Source of the DNA: an uncultured Saprospiraceae bacterium
GTDB lineage: Bacteria; Bacteroidota; Bacteroidia; Chitinophagales; Saprospiraceae
Length of the DNA: 57,606 nt
Assembly: GCA_964458675.1 (NCBI GenBank)
Contig: CAYWOZ010000001.1
Location: 1 to 57,606 of the forward strand
Reading direction: 5' to 3'
A model generated the notes under the pieces. It searched no databases, was not told where the DNA came from, and saw only the letters and a list, made by a program, of their open reading frames with translations. Both the position numbers and the translations under genes were made by a program. Within the stretch, counting starts at the first letter, position 1; every line of letters begins with the position of its first letter. Shown here one piece after another: positions 47,968 through 57,606 of the stretch.

Positions 47968-48372
47968 ATGGCGGTAACAGATCCAATAGCAGATTATTTG
48001 ACTAGAATTAGAAATGCCCAGCAAGCTGGACATAAGATAGTTGAAATTCCTGCTTCTAAAATGAAGAAGAGTATTACGGAGATACTTTACGACCAAGGTT
48101 ATATCCTTAAGTATTTATTCGATGATGAAGCTGGAAAGCAAGGTATCATTAAGATTGCTTTAAAGTACAATCAAAATACTAAAGTACCAGCAATTAGAAA
48201 GTTGGGAAGATATAGTACTCCTGGCCTTAGAAGATATTCAAAGGTTGGAGAAATTCCTGCGATTATCAATGGTCTTGGTTTGACTATAGTATCTACTAGT
48301 AAAGGAGTTATGACAGATAAGCAAGCGAAGAAGGACAACGTGGGAGGAGAATTAGTTTGCTACGTATATTAA
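47968..48372 (+). CDS. rpsH: 30S ribosomal protein S8
   Basis: Starts MAVTDPIADYLTRIRNA..., uS8. Confidence 0.96.
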   Translation: MAVTDPIADYLTRIRNAQQAGHKIVEIPASKMKKSITEILYDQGYILKYLFDDEAGKQGIIKIALKYNQNTKVPAIRKLGRYSTPGLRRYSKVGEIPAIINGLGLTIVSTSKGVMTDKQAKKDNVGGELVCYVY

Positions 48373-48396
48373 TATTGAGAATAGAAAAAATTAAAG

Positions 48397-48948
48397 ATGT
48401 CTAGAATAGGTAAAGCACCCATATCAATACCAAGTGGAGTTACTATCGATGTTTCGAAGAGTAACCTAGTGACGGTAAAAGGTGCAAAAGGCGAATTAAA
48501 GCAACAGATTGATCAAGACCTAGAAGTGGCTATAGAAGATGGTGTACTTACGGTTAAGAGACCTACTGACCAAAAAAGACATCGTGCTGTACATGGTCTT
48601 TATAGATCTTTGATAAATAATATGGTTGTTGGTGTATCTGATGGATATACAAAGACAATGGAATTACATGGTGTAGGTTATAGAGCAAACAATAGCGGTC
48701 AACTTTTAGAATTAACACTTGGTTACTCTCACCCTATTTATTTCTATGTTGCTGAAGAAGTAAAGGTAGAGACAAGTATGGAAAAAGGTCAGCCACCAAA
48801 AATAATGTTGTCTAGTGCAGATAAGCAATTGATTGGACAAATTGCTTCAAAGATAAGAGCATTTAGAAAGCCAGAACCTTACAAAGGAAAAGGTATCAGA
48901 TTTGCTGGTGAAGAGATTAGAAGAAAGCAGGGTAAGACTGCGGGATAA
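48397..48948 (+). CDS. rplF: 50S ribosomal protein L6
   Basis: Starts [15 protein letters not shown]..., uL6. Confidence 0.96.
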   Translation: MSRIGKAPISIPSGVTIDVSKSNLVTVKGAKGELKQQIDQDLEVAIEDGVLTVKRPTDQKRHRAVHGLYRSLINNMVVGVSDGYTKTMELHGVGYRANNSGQLLELTLGYSHPIYFYVAEEVKVETSMEKGQPPKIMLSSADKQLIGQIASKIRAFRKPEPYKGKGIRFAGEEIRRKQGKTAG

Positions 48949-48980
48949 TTATAATTAAAAGTTATTTAATTAAGTATATA

Positions 48981-49334
48981 ATGGGACTTTCAAAGCGTAA
49001 TAGTAGGAAGAGAATTCAAAAGAGAATTAGAAAGCGTATTTCTGGAACACAAAGCGTTCCTAGATTGAGCGTTTTCAGAAGTAATAAGAATATATCTTGC
49101 CAGGTTATCGACGATGTTAATGGCGTGACACTATTTAGTATTTCTTCTAAGAAAGTCGGAGGAGGTGATGATACCACTAAGATTGGCCAAGCTAAAGCGG
49201 TTGGTCAAGCATTAGCACAGCAGGCAAAGGAAAAAAATATTAATAAAATTATTTTTGATAGATCGGGGTACTTGTATCACGGTCGTGTGAAGGCTTTGGC
49301 TGACGCAGCAAGAGAGAATGGTTTAGAATTCTAA
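48981..49334 (+). CDS. rplR: 50S ribosomal protein L18
   Basis: 117 aa, uL18 pattern ([21 protein letters not shown]). Confidence 0.94.
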   Translation: MGLSKRNSRKRIQKRIRKRISGTQSVPRLSVFRSNKNISCQVIDDVNGVTLFSISSKKVGGGDDTTKIGQAKAVGQALAQQAKEKNINKIIFDRSGYLYHGRVKALADAARENGLEF

Positions 49335-49351
49335 TTAAGCACATAAGAACA

Positions 49352-49870
49352 ATGGCAAATAGAAATCAGAAAAGGATTAAAGCTTCAGAATCTGAGCTTA
49401 AAGAAAAATTGGTTAACCTAAACAGAGTAGCGAAAGTTACTAAGGGTGGGCGTACATTTAGCTTTGCTGCAGTTGTAGTTGTAGGAGATGGAAAAGGTAC
49501 TGTAGGACATGGTCTTGGAAAGGCAAGAGATGTATCTGAATCAATCCAGAAAGCTGTTGATGATGCTAAGAAGAATTTAGTAAAAGTTCCTGTACACAAA
49601 GGGACGATACCCCATTCACAGAAAGGTAAATATGGTGCTGGTAAAGTACTTATAAAGCCTGCATCTGAAGGTACAGGGGTAATAGCCGGAGGAGCGATGA
49701 GAGCGGTTTTAGAGATGGCTGGTGTACAAAATGTATTGGCTAAATCACAAGGTTCATCTAATCCTCACAATGTGGTAAAAGCCACTATAGATGCATTAAG
49801 CAAATTAAGATCACCAATGGAAATAGCTCAAACAAGAGGTATTTCAATGGAGAAGCTTTTTAACGGATAA
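49352..49870 (+). CDS. rpsE: 30S ribosomal protein S5
   Basis: 172 aa, uS5 ([14 protein letters not shown]). Confidence 0.96.
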   Translation: MANRNQKRIKASESELKEKLVNLNRVAKVTKGGRTFSFAAVVVVGDGKGTVGHGLGKARDVSESIQKAVDDAKKNLVKVPVHKGTIPHSQKGKYGAGKVLIKPASEGTGVIAGGAMRAVLEMAGVQNVLAKSQGSSNPHNVVKATIDALSKLRSPMEIAQTRGISMEKLFNG

Positions 49871-49889
49871 TAAAGAATAGATAATTATC

Positions 49890-50069
49890 ATGGCTAAAGT
49901 AAAAGTTACACAAGTAAAATCAGTTATTGACCGTACCAAGCGTCAAAAAAATACCATGATTGCACTTGGTATAAAGAAAATGAATCAGTCGGTAGAGCAT
50001 GAGGCTACACCACAGATTCTAGGGATGATAAATAAAGTAAGCCACCTAGTTGTGGTTGAAGAAATATAA
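49890..50069 (+). CDS. rpmD: 50S ribosomal protein L30
   Basis: Not in the ORF track (59 aa). My translation is [59 protein letters not shown], which has the uL30 pattern and the expected position between rpsE and rplO. Confidence 0.9.
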   Translation: MAKVKVTQVKSVIDRTKRQKNTMIALGIKKMNQSVEHEATPQILGMINKVSHLVVVEEI

Positions 50070-50081
50070 TAAAATTTAACA

Positions 50082-50528
50082 ATGGAACTTCATAATCTAA
50101 GACCGGCTAAAGGAGCTGTTAAGAGTGGAAAACGTATCGCAAGAGGACAAGGGTCCGGAAAAGGAGGTACGGCCGCAAGAGGTCATAAAGGACAAAAGTC
50201 AAGATCTGGGTATAGCAAAAAGAGGAACCATGAAGGTGGTCAGATGCCTATGCAGATGCGACTTCCGAAGAGAGGTTTTAAAAACCCCAATAGAACTGAG
50301 TACGTAGTTATAAATCTTGATAGATTGGAATCTATTTATGATAAATTTCGTAACTCAAATATTGATATTGAGTTTTTAGTTACTAATGGAATAGTAAATA
50401 AAGAAGATAAGATTAAAATCTTAGGTACTGGTGAATTAAAGAATAAGCTAAGCATCACTGCTCATGCTGTTTCTGCCTCAGCTAAAGAATTAATCGAAAA
50501 ATCTGGAAGTACTATTACAATCGAATAA
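50082..50528 (+). CDS. rplO: 50S ribosomal protein L15
   Basis: 148 aa, uL15 (Gly/Lys/Arg-rich N-terminus). Confidence 0.95.
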   Translation: MELHNLRPAKGAVKSGKRIARGQGSGKGGTAARGHKGQKSRSGYSKKRNHEGGQMPMQMRLPKRGFKNPNRTEYVVINLDRLESIYDKFRNSNIDIEFLVTNGIVNKEDKIKILGTGELKNKLSITAHAVSASAKELIEKSGSTITIE

Positions 50529-50537
50529 ATTGCACCG

Positions 50538-51902
50538 ATGAAAAGATTGATAACTACTCTAAAAAACATATGGAGTATAGATGAATTGAAGGGTAGAATA
50601 CTGTTTACAATTGCAATGTTAGCAATTTATAGAATAGGTTCCTTTATTATACTTCCTGGAGTTAACCGTGGTGCTTTGGAGAATAGTATCTCTAACTCTC
50701 CAGATAGTTTACTAGGTATTATTAATATGTTCTCAGGTGGTGCTTTCAAAAATGCATCTCTTTTTGCATTAGGTATCATGCCTTATATCACGGCTTCGAT
50801 TATCATTCAATTATTAGGATTTGCAGTTCCTTACTTCCAAAGACTTCAGCAGAAGGAGGGAGAATCGGGAAGAAAGAAAATTACTCAAATTACAAGGATG
50901 TTGACCGTATTTATTTGCCTTGTACAAGGTACGGGATACTTAAGTATGATTTCTCAAACCCCTGGTGCTATAAACCCAAACGTTCCAACATCTATTTTCT
51001 GGTTAGCTAACATTATCATCTTGTGTGCTGGTACTATCTTTGCCATGTGGTTAGGTGAAAAGATTACGGATAAAGGTATTGGAAACGGTGTTTCTTTATT
51101 GATTACAATAGGTATAATCGCAACTTTACCTGCGGCATTTATTGGAGAAATGACTAAGCAGTCAAATCCATTTATGTTTTTGATCATATTAGCTGCGCTT
51201 TTCGCAGTTACTCTGGCGACCGTATTGATAGTGCAAGGAGTAAGAAAAATACCTATCCAATTTGCGAAGAGAATAGTTGGAAGAAGCAATACAGAAATGC
51301 CAGTTGCCGGAAACAGAGATTATATACCAGTTAAAGTGAACGCTGCAGGTGTAATGCCAATCATCTTTGCTCAAGCATTGATGTTTTTACCAGGAACAAT
51401 TGCCACTTACTTTTCTTCTGATGGCGCTGCTCCAGCGGCTGGAAGCATAGCTTCTATATTCAATGATATCACTTCAGGTCCTTACAATATAGTTTACTTC
51501 TTGTTAGTAGTTGTCTTTACTTATGTGTATACAGCGCTTTTGGTAAACCCCCAGCAATATGCTGAATATCTTAAAAGACAGAATGCATTCATTCCAGGTA
51601 TAAAGCCAGGTAAGAGTACAGCTGACTTTATTGATAATGTGACCACTAGAATTACACTTCCAGGTTCAATTTTTCTTGGACTTATATCAATACTACCGGC
51701 TATAATAAATAAAGTTTTCGGGGTAAATCTATCTTTAGCTTTATTCTTCGGAGGAACATCTTTACTTATCTTAGTTGCTGTTGTTTTAGATACATTACAG
51801 CAAATTGAAAGTTATCTTTTAATGAGGAAGTATGATGGTTTAGTGAAATCAGGTAAACTACAAGGTAGAAGCCGTATGCAAGGTATCGGTGCTGGAATGT
51901 AA
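50538..51902 (+). CDS. secY: preprotein translocase subunit SecY
   Basis: 454-aa, 10-TM protein in the canonical position. Confidence 0.96.
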   Translation: MKRLITTLKNIWSIDELKGRILFTIAMLAIYRIGSFIILPGVNRGALENSISNSPDSLLGIINMFSGGAFKNASLFALGIMPYITASIIIQLLGFAVPYFQRLQQKEGESGRKKITQITRMLTVFICLVQGTGYLSMISQTPGAINPNVPTSIFWLANIIILCAGTIFAMWLGEKITDKGIGNGVSLLITIGIIATLPAAFIGEMTKQSNPFMFLIILAALFAVTLATVLIVQGVRKIPIQFAKRIVGRSNTEMPVAGNRDYIPVKVNAAGVMPIIFAQALMFLPGTIATYFSSDGAAPAAGSIASIFNDITSGPYNIVYFLLVVVFTYVYTALLVNPQQYAEYLKRQNAFIPGIKPGKSTADFIDNVTTRITLPGSIFLGLISILPAIINKVFGVNLSLALFFGGTSLLILVAVVLDTLQQIESYLLMRKYDGLVKSGKLQGRSRMQGIGAGM

Positions 51903-51971
51903 ATTCAGTACCAATCAACTTGTATTCAGTATTCTGGGTTGTAAATTCATTATAATCTTATCCATATAATA

Positions 51972-52799
51972 ATGGTCTATTACAAAACAGATGAGGAAGT
52001 TGAGTTAATAAGGCAGAGTTGCTTATTGGTTTGTAAAGCACTTGCCCAAGTTGCTTCAATAATAAGACCAGGTATTTCTGGCGCGGAACTGGATCGTGTT
52101 GCAGAAGAACTAATTAAAGACCATCAAGCTTTACCAGCATTCAAAGGCTATAGGGGTTTTCCAGCCACGTTATGTATTTCAAAAAATGAGCAAGTAGTCC
52201 ACGGTATCCCAACCTCGGAGGAATTTAAAGATGGTGATATAGTCTCCATTGATTGTGGGACTTATATGAATGAATTCTTTGGGGACTCTGCCTATACATT
52301 CGCACTGGGTGAAATTAGTCCTGAGACACTTCAGCTTCTTGAGGTGACCAATACATCATTATACAAAGGAATCGCTGCGGCTACCGCGGGTCAAAGAATT
52401 GGAGATATAGGATATGCTGTCCAAAATTACTGTGAAAAGACGTACAACTACGGTGTAGTTAGAGAGTTAGTTGGACACGGAATCGGTAGATCACTGCACG
52501 AAGCGCCAGAAGTGCCCAATTACGGTAAAAGAGGTAGAGGGTCAAAATTAAAGGAAGGTTTAGTAATCGCTATAGAACCCATGGTAAATAGAGGCAAGAA
52601 AGAGGTAAAGCAGTTGGATGATGGATGGACTATTGCGAGTAAGGATGGTACACTAGCAGCTCATTATGAGCATACAATCTGTGTAAAAAAGGAAAAAGCA
52701 CTCATTTTGAGTGATCATACGCTTATAGAAGCGGAAATAAAGAAAAATTCAAATGTAAACGAAATAGCGATTCGAACGGCAGAATTGGCTAACGTTTAA
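51972..52799 (+). CDS. map: type I methionine aminopeptidase
   Basis: 275 aa with metal ligand pattern ([18 protein letters not shown]). Follows secY directly with no adk between them. Confidence 0.93.
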   Translation: MVYYKTDEEVELIRQSCLLVCKALAQVASIIRPGISGAELDRVAEELIKDHQALPAFKGYRGFPATLCISKNEQVVHGIPTSEEFKDGDIVSIDCGTYMNEFFGDSAYTFALGEISPETLQLLEVTNTSLYKGIAAATAGQRIGDIGYAVQNYCEKTYNYGVVRELVGHGIGRSLHEAPEVPNYGKRGRGSKLKEGLVIAIEPMVNRGKKEVKQLDDGWTIASKDGTLAAHYEHTICVKKEKALILSDHTLIEAEIKKNSNVNEIAIRTAELANV

Positions 52800-52834
52800 C
52801 GCAACAAAAGCTGTGCATTATAAGATAAAATTTG

Positions 52835-52842
52835 TATCTTTG
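52835..52842 (+). promoter_or_regulatory. candidate -7 box (TATCTTTG) upstream of infA
   Basis: TAnnTTTG match 19 nt upstream of the infA ATG, inside the spurious N-terminal extension of the ORF-track ORF. No clean -33. Confidence 0.3.
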
Positions 52843-52860
52843 CACTCCGAAATTCAATTT

Positions 52861-53079
52861 ATGGCTAAACAAGACCTAATAAAACAAGACGGTATCATTG
52901 AAGAAGCGCTCTCCAATGCTATGTTCAGAGTAAGGTTAGAAAATGGTCATGAAATAGTAGCAACTATTTCAGGTAAAATGAGAATGCACTACATTAGAAT
53001 TCTACCTGGAGATAAGGTTGCTGTGGAAATTTCACCATATGATCTTTCAAGAGGTCGTATAAACTATAGATATAAATAA
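52861..53079 (+). CDS. infA: translation initiation factor IF-1
   Basis: The start is taken at ATG 52861 ([31 protein letters not shown]...), giving the canonical 72 aa. The ORF track starts at GTG 52813. Confidence 0.93.
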   Translation: MAKQDLIKQDGIIEEALSNAMFRVRLENGHEIVATISGKMRMHYIRILPGDKVAVEISPYDLSRGRINYRYK

Positions 53080-53105
53080 TTTACAAGTCATTAAATTGAT
53101 TTATT

Positions 53106-53222
53106 ATGAAAGTAAGAGCTTCTATTAAAAAGAGATCTACAGACTGTAAGATTGTTCGTAGAAAAGGTAAGCTTTATGTTATCAACAAGAAGAATCCTAG
53201 GTTTAAACAACGTCAAGGGTAA
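53106..53222 (+). CDS. rpmJ: 50S ribosomal protein L36
   Basis: Not in the ORF track (38 aa). My translation is [38 protein letters not shown], the Bacteroidota-type bL36. Confidence 0.92.
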   Translation: MKVRASIKKRSTDCKIVRRKGKLYVINKKNPRFKQRQG

Positions 53223-53235
53223 AAATTATTAGAAT

Positions 53236-53613
53236 ATGGCACGAATAGCTGGTGTAGATTTACCAAGAAATAAAAGAGGAATAATTGGATTGACTTATAT
53301 TTTCGGGATTGGTCCTTCAAGAGCATTAGAGATATTAGACAAAGCTAGTATCGATAAGCACACAAAGGTATCTGATTGGAATGATGAAAATATCAAAGCA
53401 ATATCTGGTATTATTCAAAATGATTACCGGGTTGAAGGTCAACTAAGATCTGAGGTTCAATTGAATATAAAGCGTTTGATGGACATCGGATGTTATCGTG
53501 GCCTTAGACATCGTAGAGGATTACCTTTACGCGGTCAACGTACGAAAACAAACGCTCGTACTAGAAAAGGAAAGAGAAAGACAGTTGCTAACAAGAAGAA
53601 GGCAACTAAATAA
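53236..53613 (+). CDS. rpsM: 30S ribosomal protein S13
   Basis: Starts [14 protein letters not shown]..., uS13. Confidence 0.96.
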   Translation: MARIAGVDLPRNKRGIIGLTYIFGIGPSRALEILDKASIDKHTKVSDWNDENIKAISGIIQNDYRVEGQLRSEVQLNIKRLMDIGCYRGLRHRRGLPLRGQRTKTNARTRKGKRKTVANKKKATK

Positions 53614-53648
53614 GAATTAAATAGATATCACTTTTTATATCATCAGAT

Positions 53649-54035
53649 ATGGCTAAAAATAAAAAAGTAAAAAAACGTACGGTAAAGGTTGATCCGGAAG
53701 GTCTAATCTTTATTCAAGCTAGTTTTAATAACATCATCATTTCTCTTACTAACAAGAGTGGTCAGGTTATTTCTTGGGCTTCAGCTGGTAAAGCTGGATT
53801 TAGAGGGTCTAAAAAGAATACACCTTATGCAGCGCAAATTGCTGCAGCTGATGCCGCTGGTGTTGCTGCTGCGGCAGGAATGAGAACTGCAGAGGTATTT
53901 GTGAAGGGACCCGGTGCAGGAAGAGAGGCAGCTATTAGAGCTATTGATGTTGCTGGTATAAAAGTTACTAAAATTAAGGATGTTACGCCAATTCCTCATA
54001 ATGGCTGCAGACCTCCTAAAAGAAGACGCGTTTAA
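53649..54035 (+). CDS. rpsK: 30S ribosomal protein S11
   Basis: 128 aa, uS11 (ends [13 protein letters not shown]). Confidence 0.96.
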   Translation: MAKNKKVKKRTVKVDPEGLIFIQASFNNIIISLTNKSGQVISWASAGKAGFRGSKKNTPYAAQIAAADAAGVAAAAGMRTAEVFVKGPGAGREAAIRAIDVAGIKVTKIKDVTPIPHNGCRPPKRRRV

Positions 54036-54046
54036 TAAATAATATT

Positions 54047-54658
54047 ATGGCAAGGTATACTGGACCAAGAACTAAGAAAGCAAGAGCACTAGGAGAAGCG
54101 ATCTTCGGATTTGACAGAGCTTTTGAAAGAAGAAAGACACCTCCAGGTCAACATGGTGGTGGCCGTAGAAAGCAGAAGTCTGACTATGCTAATCAGCTTA
54201 AGGAAAAGCAAAAAGCTAAATACACCTATGGTGTTTTAGAAAAGCAATTTAGAAACTTATTTGAAAAAGCATCTGGTAAAAAAGGTGTTACAGGTGAGGT
54301 TTTACTTCAGTTGCTAGAAGCTAGATTAGATAACGCTGTTTTCAGAATGGGAATTGCTCCAACTAGAAGAGCAGCTCGCCAATTGGTTTCACATAGACAC
54401 ATTGTAGTGAATGGAGTATTGAATAATATTCCATCAGCTCAGTTGAAGCCAGGTGATGTTATCTCTGTAAGAGGTAAATCTCAGAACATTGAAGTTATAC
54501 TACAGCATGTTGCTACAGCTGCAGCTGAGGTGAAGAAATTTTCTTGGTTAGAGTTTAACTCTGATAAAATGGAAGGTAAGTTCATCGAATACCCAGAAAG
54601 AGATATAATACCTGAAAAGATCAACGAGCAGCTAATAGTTGAACTATATTCCAAGTAA
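54047..54658 (+). CDS. rpsD: 30S ribosomal protein S4
   Basis: Starts [17 protein letters not shown]..., uS4. Confidence 0.96.
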   Translation: MARYTGPRTKKARALGEAIFGFDRAFERRKTPPGQHGGGRRKQKSDYANQLKEKQKAKYTYGVLEKQFRNLFEKASGKKGVTGEVLLQLLEARLDNAVFRMGIAPTRRAARQLVSHRHIVVNGVLNNIPSAQLKPGDVISVRGKSQNIEVILQHVATAAAEVKKFSWLEFNSDKMEGKFIEYPERDIIPEKINEQLIVELYSK

Positions 54659-54702
54659 GATATAAATTTTAGCCTTTTTTAAATCCTCATTAAAAAGACA
54701 AC

Positions 54703-55701
54703 ATGAGTATTTTAAATTTTCAACAACCAGAAAAAATTATTCTTCAGAAGGCTACTGATTTTGAAGGACAATTCGAATTTAAACCATTAGAGCCAGGATT
54801 TGGGCAAACAATAGGAAACTCAATTAGAAGAGTTTTACTTTCTTCTCTAGAAGGATTCGCTATTTCAGCTGTGAGAATTGCAGGTGTTAATCACGAATTC
54901 TCAACTATAAAAGGTGTTGTGGAAGATGTAGTTGATATTGTTTTGAATCTTAAGCAAGTTAGACTAAAGCAGTTGATTCAAGAAGAAGAAATCAACAGTG
55001 AAAAAATATACCTTACTATATCTGGAAAGGAAGAGTTTAGAGCAGGAGATATAGAAGAACATACAAACGTATTCAAGGTAATGAACCCTGATATGTTGAT
55101 TTGTAAAATGGAACCTTCAGTAAATCTTGAAATAGAATTTACGATTTCAAAAGGACGCGGATACAAACCAGCAGGTGAAAACTTGCCAAAAGACGCACCT
55201 ATTGGTGTTATTCCAATCGATGCAATATATACTCCGATCAAAAATGTTGCTTACAAGGTGTCAAATACCAGAGTAGGACAAAGAACGGATTATGAAAAGC
55301 TTACTCTTGATGTTACTACTGATGGTACTATACACCCTGAAGAGGCAGTAAAAGAAGCTTCTCGTATCTTGATTCAGCACTTAATGTTGATTACGGATGA
55401 AAACATCACCTTCGATAGTGAAAAAGATCGTGAAGATAATATCGTTGATGAGCATATCTTACACATGAGAAAGTTATTAAAGACTTCTCTTGAAGATCTT
55501 GACTTATCTGTAAGAGCTTACAACTGTTTGAAAGCAGCTAAGATTAACTCTCTTGGTGAAGTAGTTAGGTTTGATACATATGAATTATTGAAGTTTAGAA
55601 ACTTCGGTAAGAAGTCATTAGTAGAGATAGAAGACTTACTTCAAAATAAAGGCTTAACCTTCGGGATGGATCTTTCGAAGTATAAGTTAGACGAAGATTA
55701 A
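54703..55701 (+). CDS. rpoA: DNA-directed RNA polymerase subunit alpha
   Basis: 332 aa with NTD pattern (GFGQTIGNSIRRVLLSS) and CTD (LDLSVRAYNCLKAAKI). Confidence 0.96.
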   Translation: MSILNFQQPEKIILQKATDFEGQFEFKPLEPGFGQTIGNSIRRVLLSSLEGFAISAVRIAGVNHEFSTIKGVVEDVVDIVLNLKQVRLKQLIQEEEINSEKIYLTISGKEEFRAGDIEEHTNVFKVMNPDMLICKMEPSVNLEIEFTISKGRGYKPAGENLPKDAPIGVIPIDAIYTPIKNVAYKVSNTRVGQRTDYEKLTLDVTTDGTIHPEEAVKEASRILIQHLMLITDENITFDSEKDREDNIVDEHILHMRKLLKTSLEDLDLSVRAYNCLKAAKINSLGEVVRFDTYELLKFRNFGKKSLVEIEDLLQNKGLTFGMDLSKYKLDED

Positions 55702-55793
55702 AAAAGCTTAATAAGAGCTTTATTAAATATATGCAGTTATGTGATATTCCATGCTGCGAGGATAATAATTTTTAAAAGAAAAAACCCTGTTAA

Positions 55794-56339
55794 ATGAGAC
55801 ACGGCAAAAAAGTAAATCACTTAGGTAGAAAGACAGGACATCGTAAAGCGTTGTTGAGAAACCTTTCTATTGCTTTAGTAAAGCACAAAAGGATTAAGAC
55901 AACATTGGCAAAGGCAAAAGCACTAAGAGTGTATATTGAGCCGCTAATCACAAAGGGTAAGACTAACTCTACGCACAATAGAAGAGTTGTGTTTAGTTAC
56001 TTAGGAAACAAAGGTGCAGTAGCTGAAATTTTTTCAACTATTTCTGATGCTGTTGCTAGTAGACCAGGTGGATATTTAAGAATTATTAAGACTGGTTTCA
56101 GAATGAGTGATAGTGCAGAAATGGCTATCATCGAATTTGTTGATTTCAATAGCATCTATACAGGAGGTACTTCTAAAGGAGAAGCATCTACTGGTAAAAA
56201 GAAGAGAACCAGAAGAGGTAAGAAATCTGGAGCCACGGCTACAACTGCAGCCGCAGCGACAGCAGCAACTGCTAAAGAATCGTTTAATGAGGAAGTGGAA
56301 AAGGCAACTGACAAAGCTGCTGGTTCTGAAGAAGAGTAA
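55794..56339 (+). CDS. rplQ: 50S ribosomal protein L17 with long Ala/Thr/Lys/Glu-rich C-terminal extension
   Basis: Starts [24 protein letters not shown]..., bL17, plus a low-complexity tail of about 60 aa. Confidence 0.95.
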   Translation: MRHGKKVNHLGRKTGHRKALLRNLSIALVKHKRIKTTLAKAKALRVYIEPLITKGKTNSTHNRRVVFSYLGNKGAVAEIFSTISDAVASRPGGYLRIIKTGFRMSDSAEMAIIEFVDFNSIYTGGTSKGEASTGKKKRTRRGKKSGATATTAAAATAATAKESFNEEVEKATDKAAGSEEE

Positions 56340-56360
56340 ACTTTTAAAGTATAAAATAAC

Positions 56361-56396
56361 AAAGGCAATATCTATCATTAGGTATTGCCTTTTTTA
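56361..56396 (+). terminator. Rho-independent terminator after rplQ
   Basis: Stem AAAGGCAATA / TATTGCCTTT with a 12-nt loop, followed by a T-run. Confidence 0.7.
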
Positions 56397-56416
56397 TTTA
56401 TATCGCAATACTTGGT

Positions 56417-56424
56417 TATCTTTG
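56417..56424 (+). promoter_or_regulatory. candidate -7 box (TATCTTTG) upstream of carA
   Basis: TAnnTTTG match 30 nt upstream of ATG 56454. No clear -33. Confidence 0.3.
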
Positions 56425-56453
56425 TGGCCAATTAATAAGCAAAATCTTTTTTG

Positions 56454-57554
56454 ATGGAAAAAGCAATCTTATTGCTAGATGACGGTACAGTATTTCATGG
56501 AAAGGCCGCTGGTATTAAAGGAACTGCTACAGGTGAAATATGCTTTAATACTGGAATGACTGGATACCAAGAAATCTTTACAGATCCTTCCTACTACGGC
56601 CAAATAATGGTCACCACTAATATTCATATTGGCAACTATGGCATTAAGAATGCTGAAGCCCAATCAGAGGATGTTAAAATAAACGGCCTAGTTTGTAGAT
56701 CATTTAATGATAGATTCTCTCGACCTTTAGCGGATTCTTCTATTCAGGAGTATTTTGAATTAAATAAGACAGTTGCGATCTACGATTTGGATACCAGATC
56801 GATAGTTAAGAAAATCAGAACAGAAGGTGCTATGAATGCTATTATTTCATCAGAGATTCTAGACGTAGATGAGCTAAAGAAGAAACTAAAAGAAGTCCCC
56901 AATATGGATGGTCTTGAGTTAGCTTCACAGGTTTCTACAAAAGCGTCGTACTTTTTTGGTGACCCGCATAAAGAAGTAAAGGTAGCAGTGATGGATTTTG
57001 GGGTTAAGAAAAGTATACTACAATGCATGGTGGACGAAGGATTTTATTTGAAAGTGTTCCCCGGGAATACACCTTTCGAGGAAGTAAAGAAATGGAATCC
57101 AGATGGAATCTTTCTTTCAAACGGCCCTGGCGATCCTGCTGCTATGGATTACGCAATTGATTTGGCTAAAAAAGCCCTTAATCAAGATATGCCATTATTT
57201 GGTATTTGTTTAGGACATCAGATTCTGGCATTAGCAATGGGGCTTTCTACTTATAAAATGAAGCATGGACATAGGGGGCTCAACCATCCTGTTAAAAACT
57301 TGATTTCCGGTAGATGCGAAATCACGAGCCAAAACCATGGCTTCGGAGTTAAGGCAGAATCTATCAAGTCAAATCCAGATATTGAAATAACACACGTGAA
57401 TCTTAATGATGAAACAGTAGAAGGGATAAAGGTGAAGAGTAAGAAAGCCTTTTCTGTACAATATCATCCTGAAGCTTCTCCTGGACCACATGATGCTAGA
57501 TATTTATTCGCAGAATTTAAAAACTTAATGATAGCCGAAGCTATTGCAAAATAA
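56454..57554 (+). CDS. carA: carbamoyl-phosphate synthase small (glutamine amidotransferase) subunit
   Basis: GATase catalytic region (PLFGICLGHQ, HGHRG, YHPEASPGPHD). The ATG at 56454 is preferred over the TTG at 56451. Confidence 0.93.
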   Translation: MEKAILLLDDGTVFHGKAAGIKGTATGEICFNTGMTGYQEIFTDPSYYGQIMVTTNIHIGNYGIKNAEAQSEDVKINGLVCRSFNDRFSRPLADSSIQEYFELNKTVAIYDLDTRSIVKKIRTEGAMNAIISSEILDVDELKKKLKEVPNMDGLELASQVSTKASYFFGDPHKEVKVAVMDFGVKKSILQCMVDEGFYLKVFPGNTPFEEVKKWNPDGIFLSNGPGDPAAMDYAIDLAKKALNQDMPLFGICLGHQILALAMGLSTYKMKHGHRGLNHPVKNLISGRCEITSQNHGFGVKAESIKSNPDIEITHVNLNDETVEGIKVKSKKAFSVQYHPEASPGPHDARYLFAEFKNLMIAEAIAK

Positions 57555-57562
57555 AAAGCCAT

Positions 57563-57606
57563 ATGCCATATATTATTGATGTTTCTGCTCGTGAAATTTT
57601 AGATTC
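57563..57606 (+). CDS. eno: enolase (first 14 codons only)
   Basis: The ATG at 57563 gives MPYIIDVSAREILDS, matching the conserved enolase N-terminus (..AREILDSRG). Truncated by the window edge. Confidence 0.55.
   Translation, partial: MPYIIDVSAREILD

Noticed and set aside
1-57606. CRISPR arrays, tRNA/rRNA genes, transposases, integrases, toxin-antitoxin or known defence modules
   Set aside because: I saw no regularly spaced direct repeats, no cloverleaf-compatible segments in the intergenic regions I read, and no ORF with recombinase, nuclease or defence-type motifs. The accessory-looking content is limited to the repeat elements and the sulfur and barrel gene block.

Overview
AT-rich Bacteroidota-type chromosomal segment, judged from TAnnTTTG -7 promoter boxes, a GLPGLI-family gene, and a str/S10/spc/alpha ribosomal cluster lacking tuf and adk.

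- **1-13.4 kb:** truncated DUF819 membrane protein, lspA, RNase R, sdhCAB, a 612-aa WD40 protein, OB-fold and YceI-like proteins, transketolase.
- **13.4-28.1 kb (looks accessory):** long coding-free gaps and an outer-membrane barrel + GLPGLI pair. It also holds a Crp/Fnr-headed sulfur cluster: 2x YeeE/YedE, SulP, an MBL-rhodanese fusion, a DUF3365 CxxCH protein, a tandem-rhodanese lipoprotein, and SorA/SorB-like sulfite dehydrogenase.
- **28.1-37.6 kb:** priA, a translationally coupled YpdA/HDAC-family pair, a degenerate hybrid sensor kinase, polyprenyl synthase, GNAT.
- **37.7-56.3 kb:** the complete ribosomal protein super-operon rpsL...rplQ, including rpmD and rpmJ, which are too short for the ORF track. 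carA and the first codons of eno follow.

I saw no rRNA, tRNA, CRISPR array, transposase or recognisable defence genes.

The most unusual content is non-coding:
1. A repeat family (3 copies + 1 fragment) with long imperfect terminal inverted repeats around GC-rich variable cores. Each copy lies 13-35 nt after a plus-strand stop codon, and together they bracket and split the accessory block.
2. A second family (2 copies) with conserved 11-12 nt termini around unrelated GC-rich hairpin cores.
3. Three further GC-rich hairpin islands.
4. A GTAAC-N4-GTTAC palindrome in front of both sulfur operons, a candidate operator for the Cys-rich Crp/Fnr regulator.

All functional interpretations of these elements are hypotheses and need genome-wide and experimental checks.
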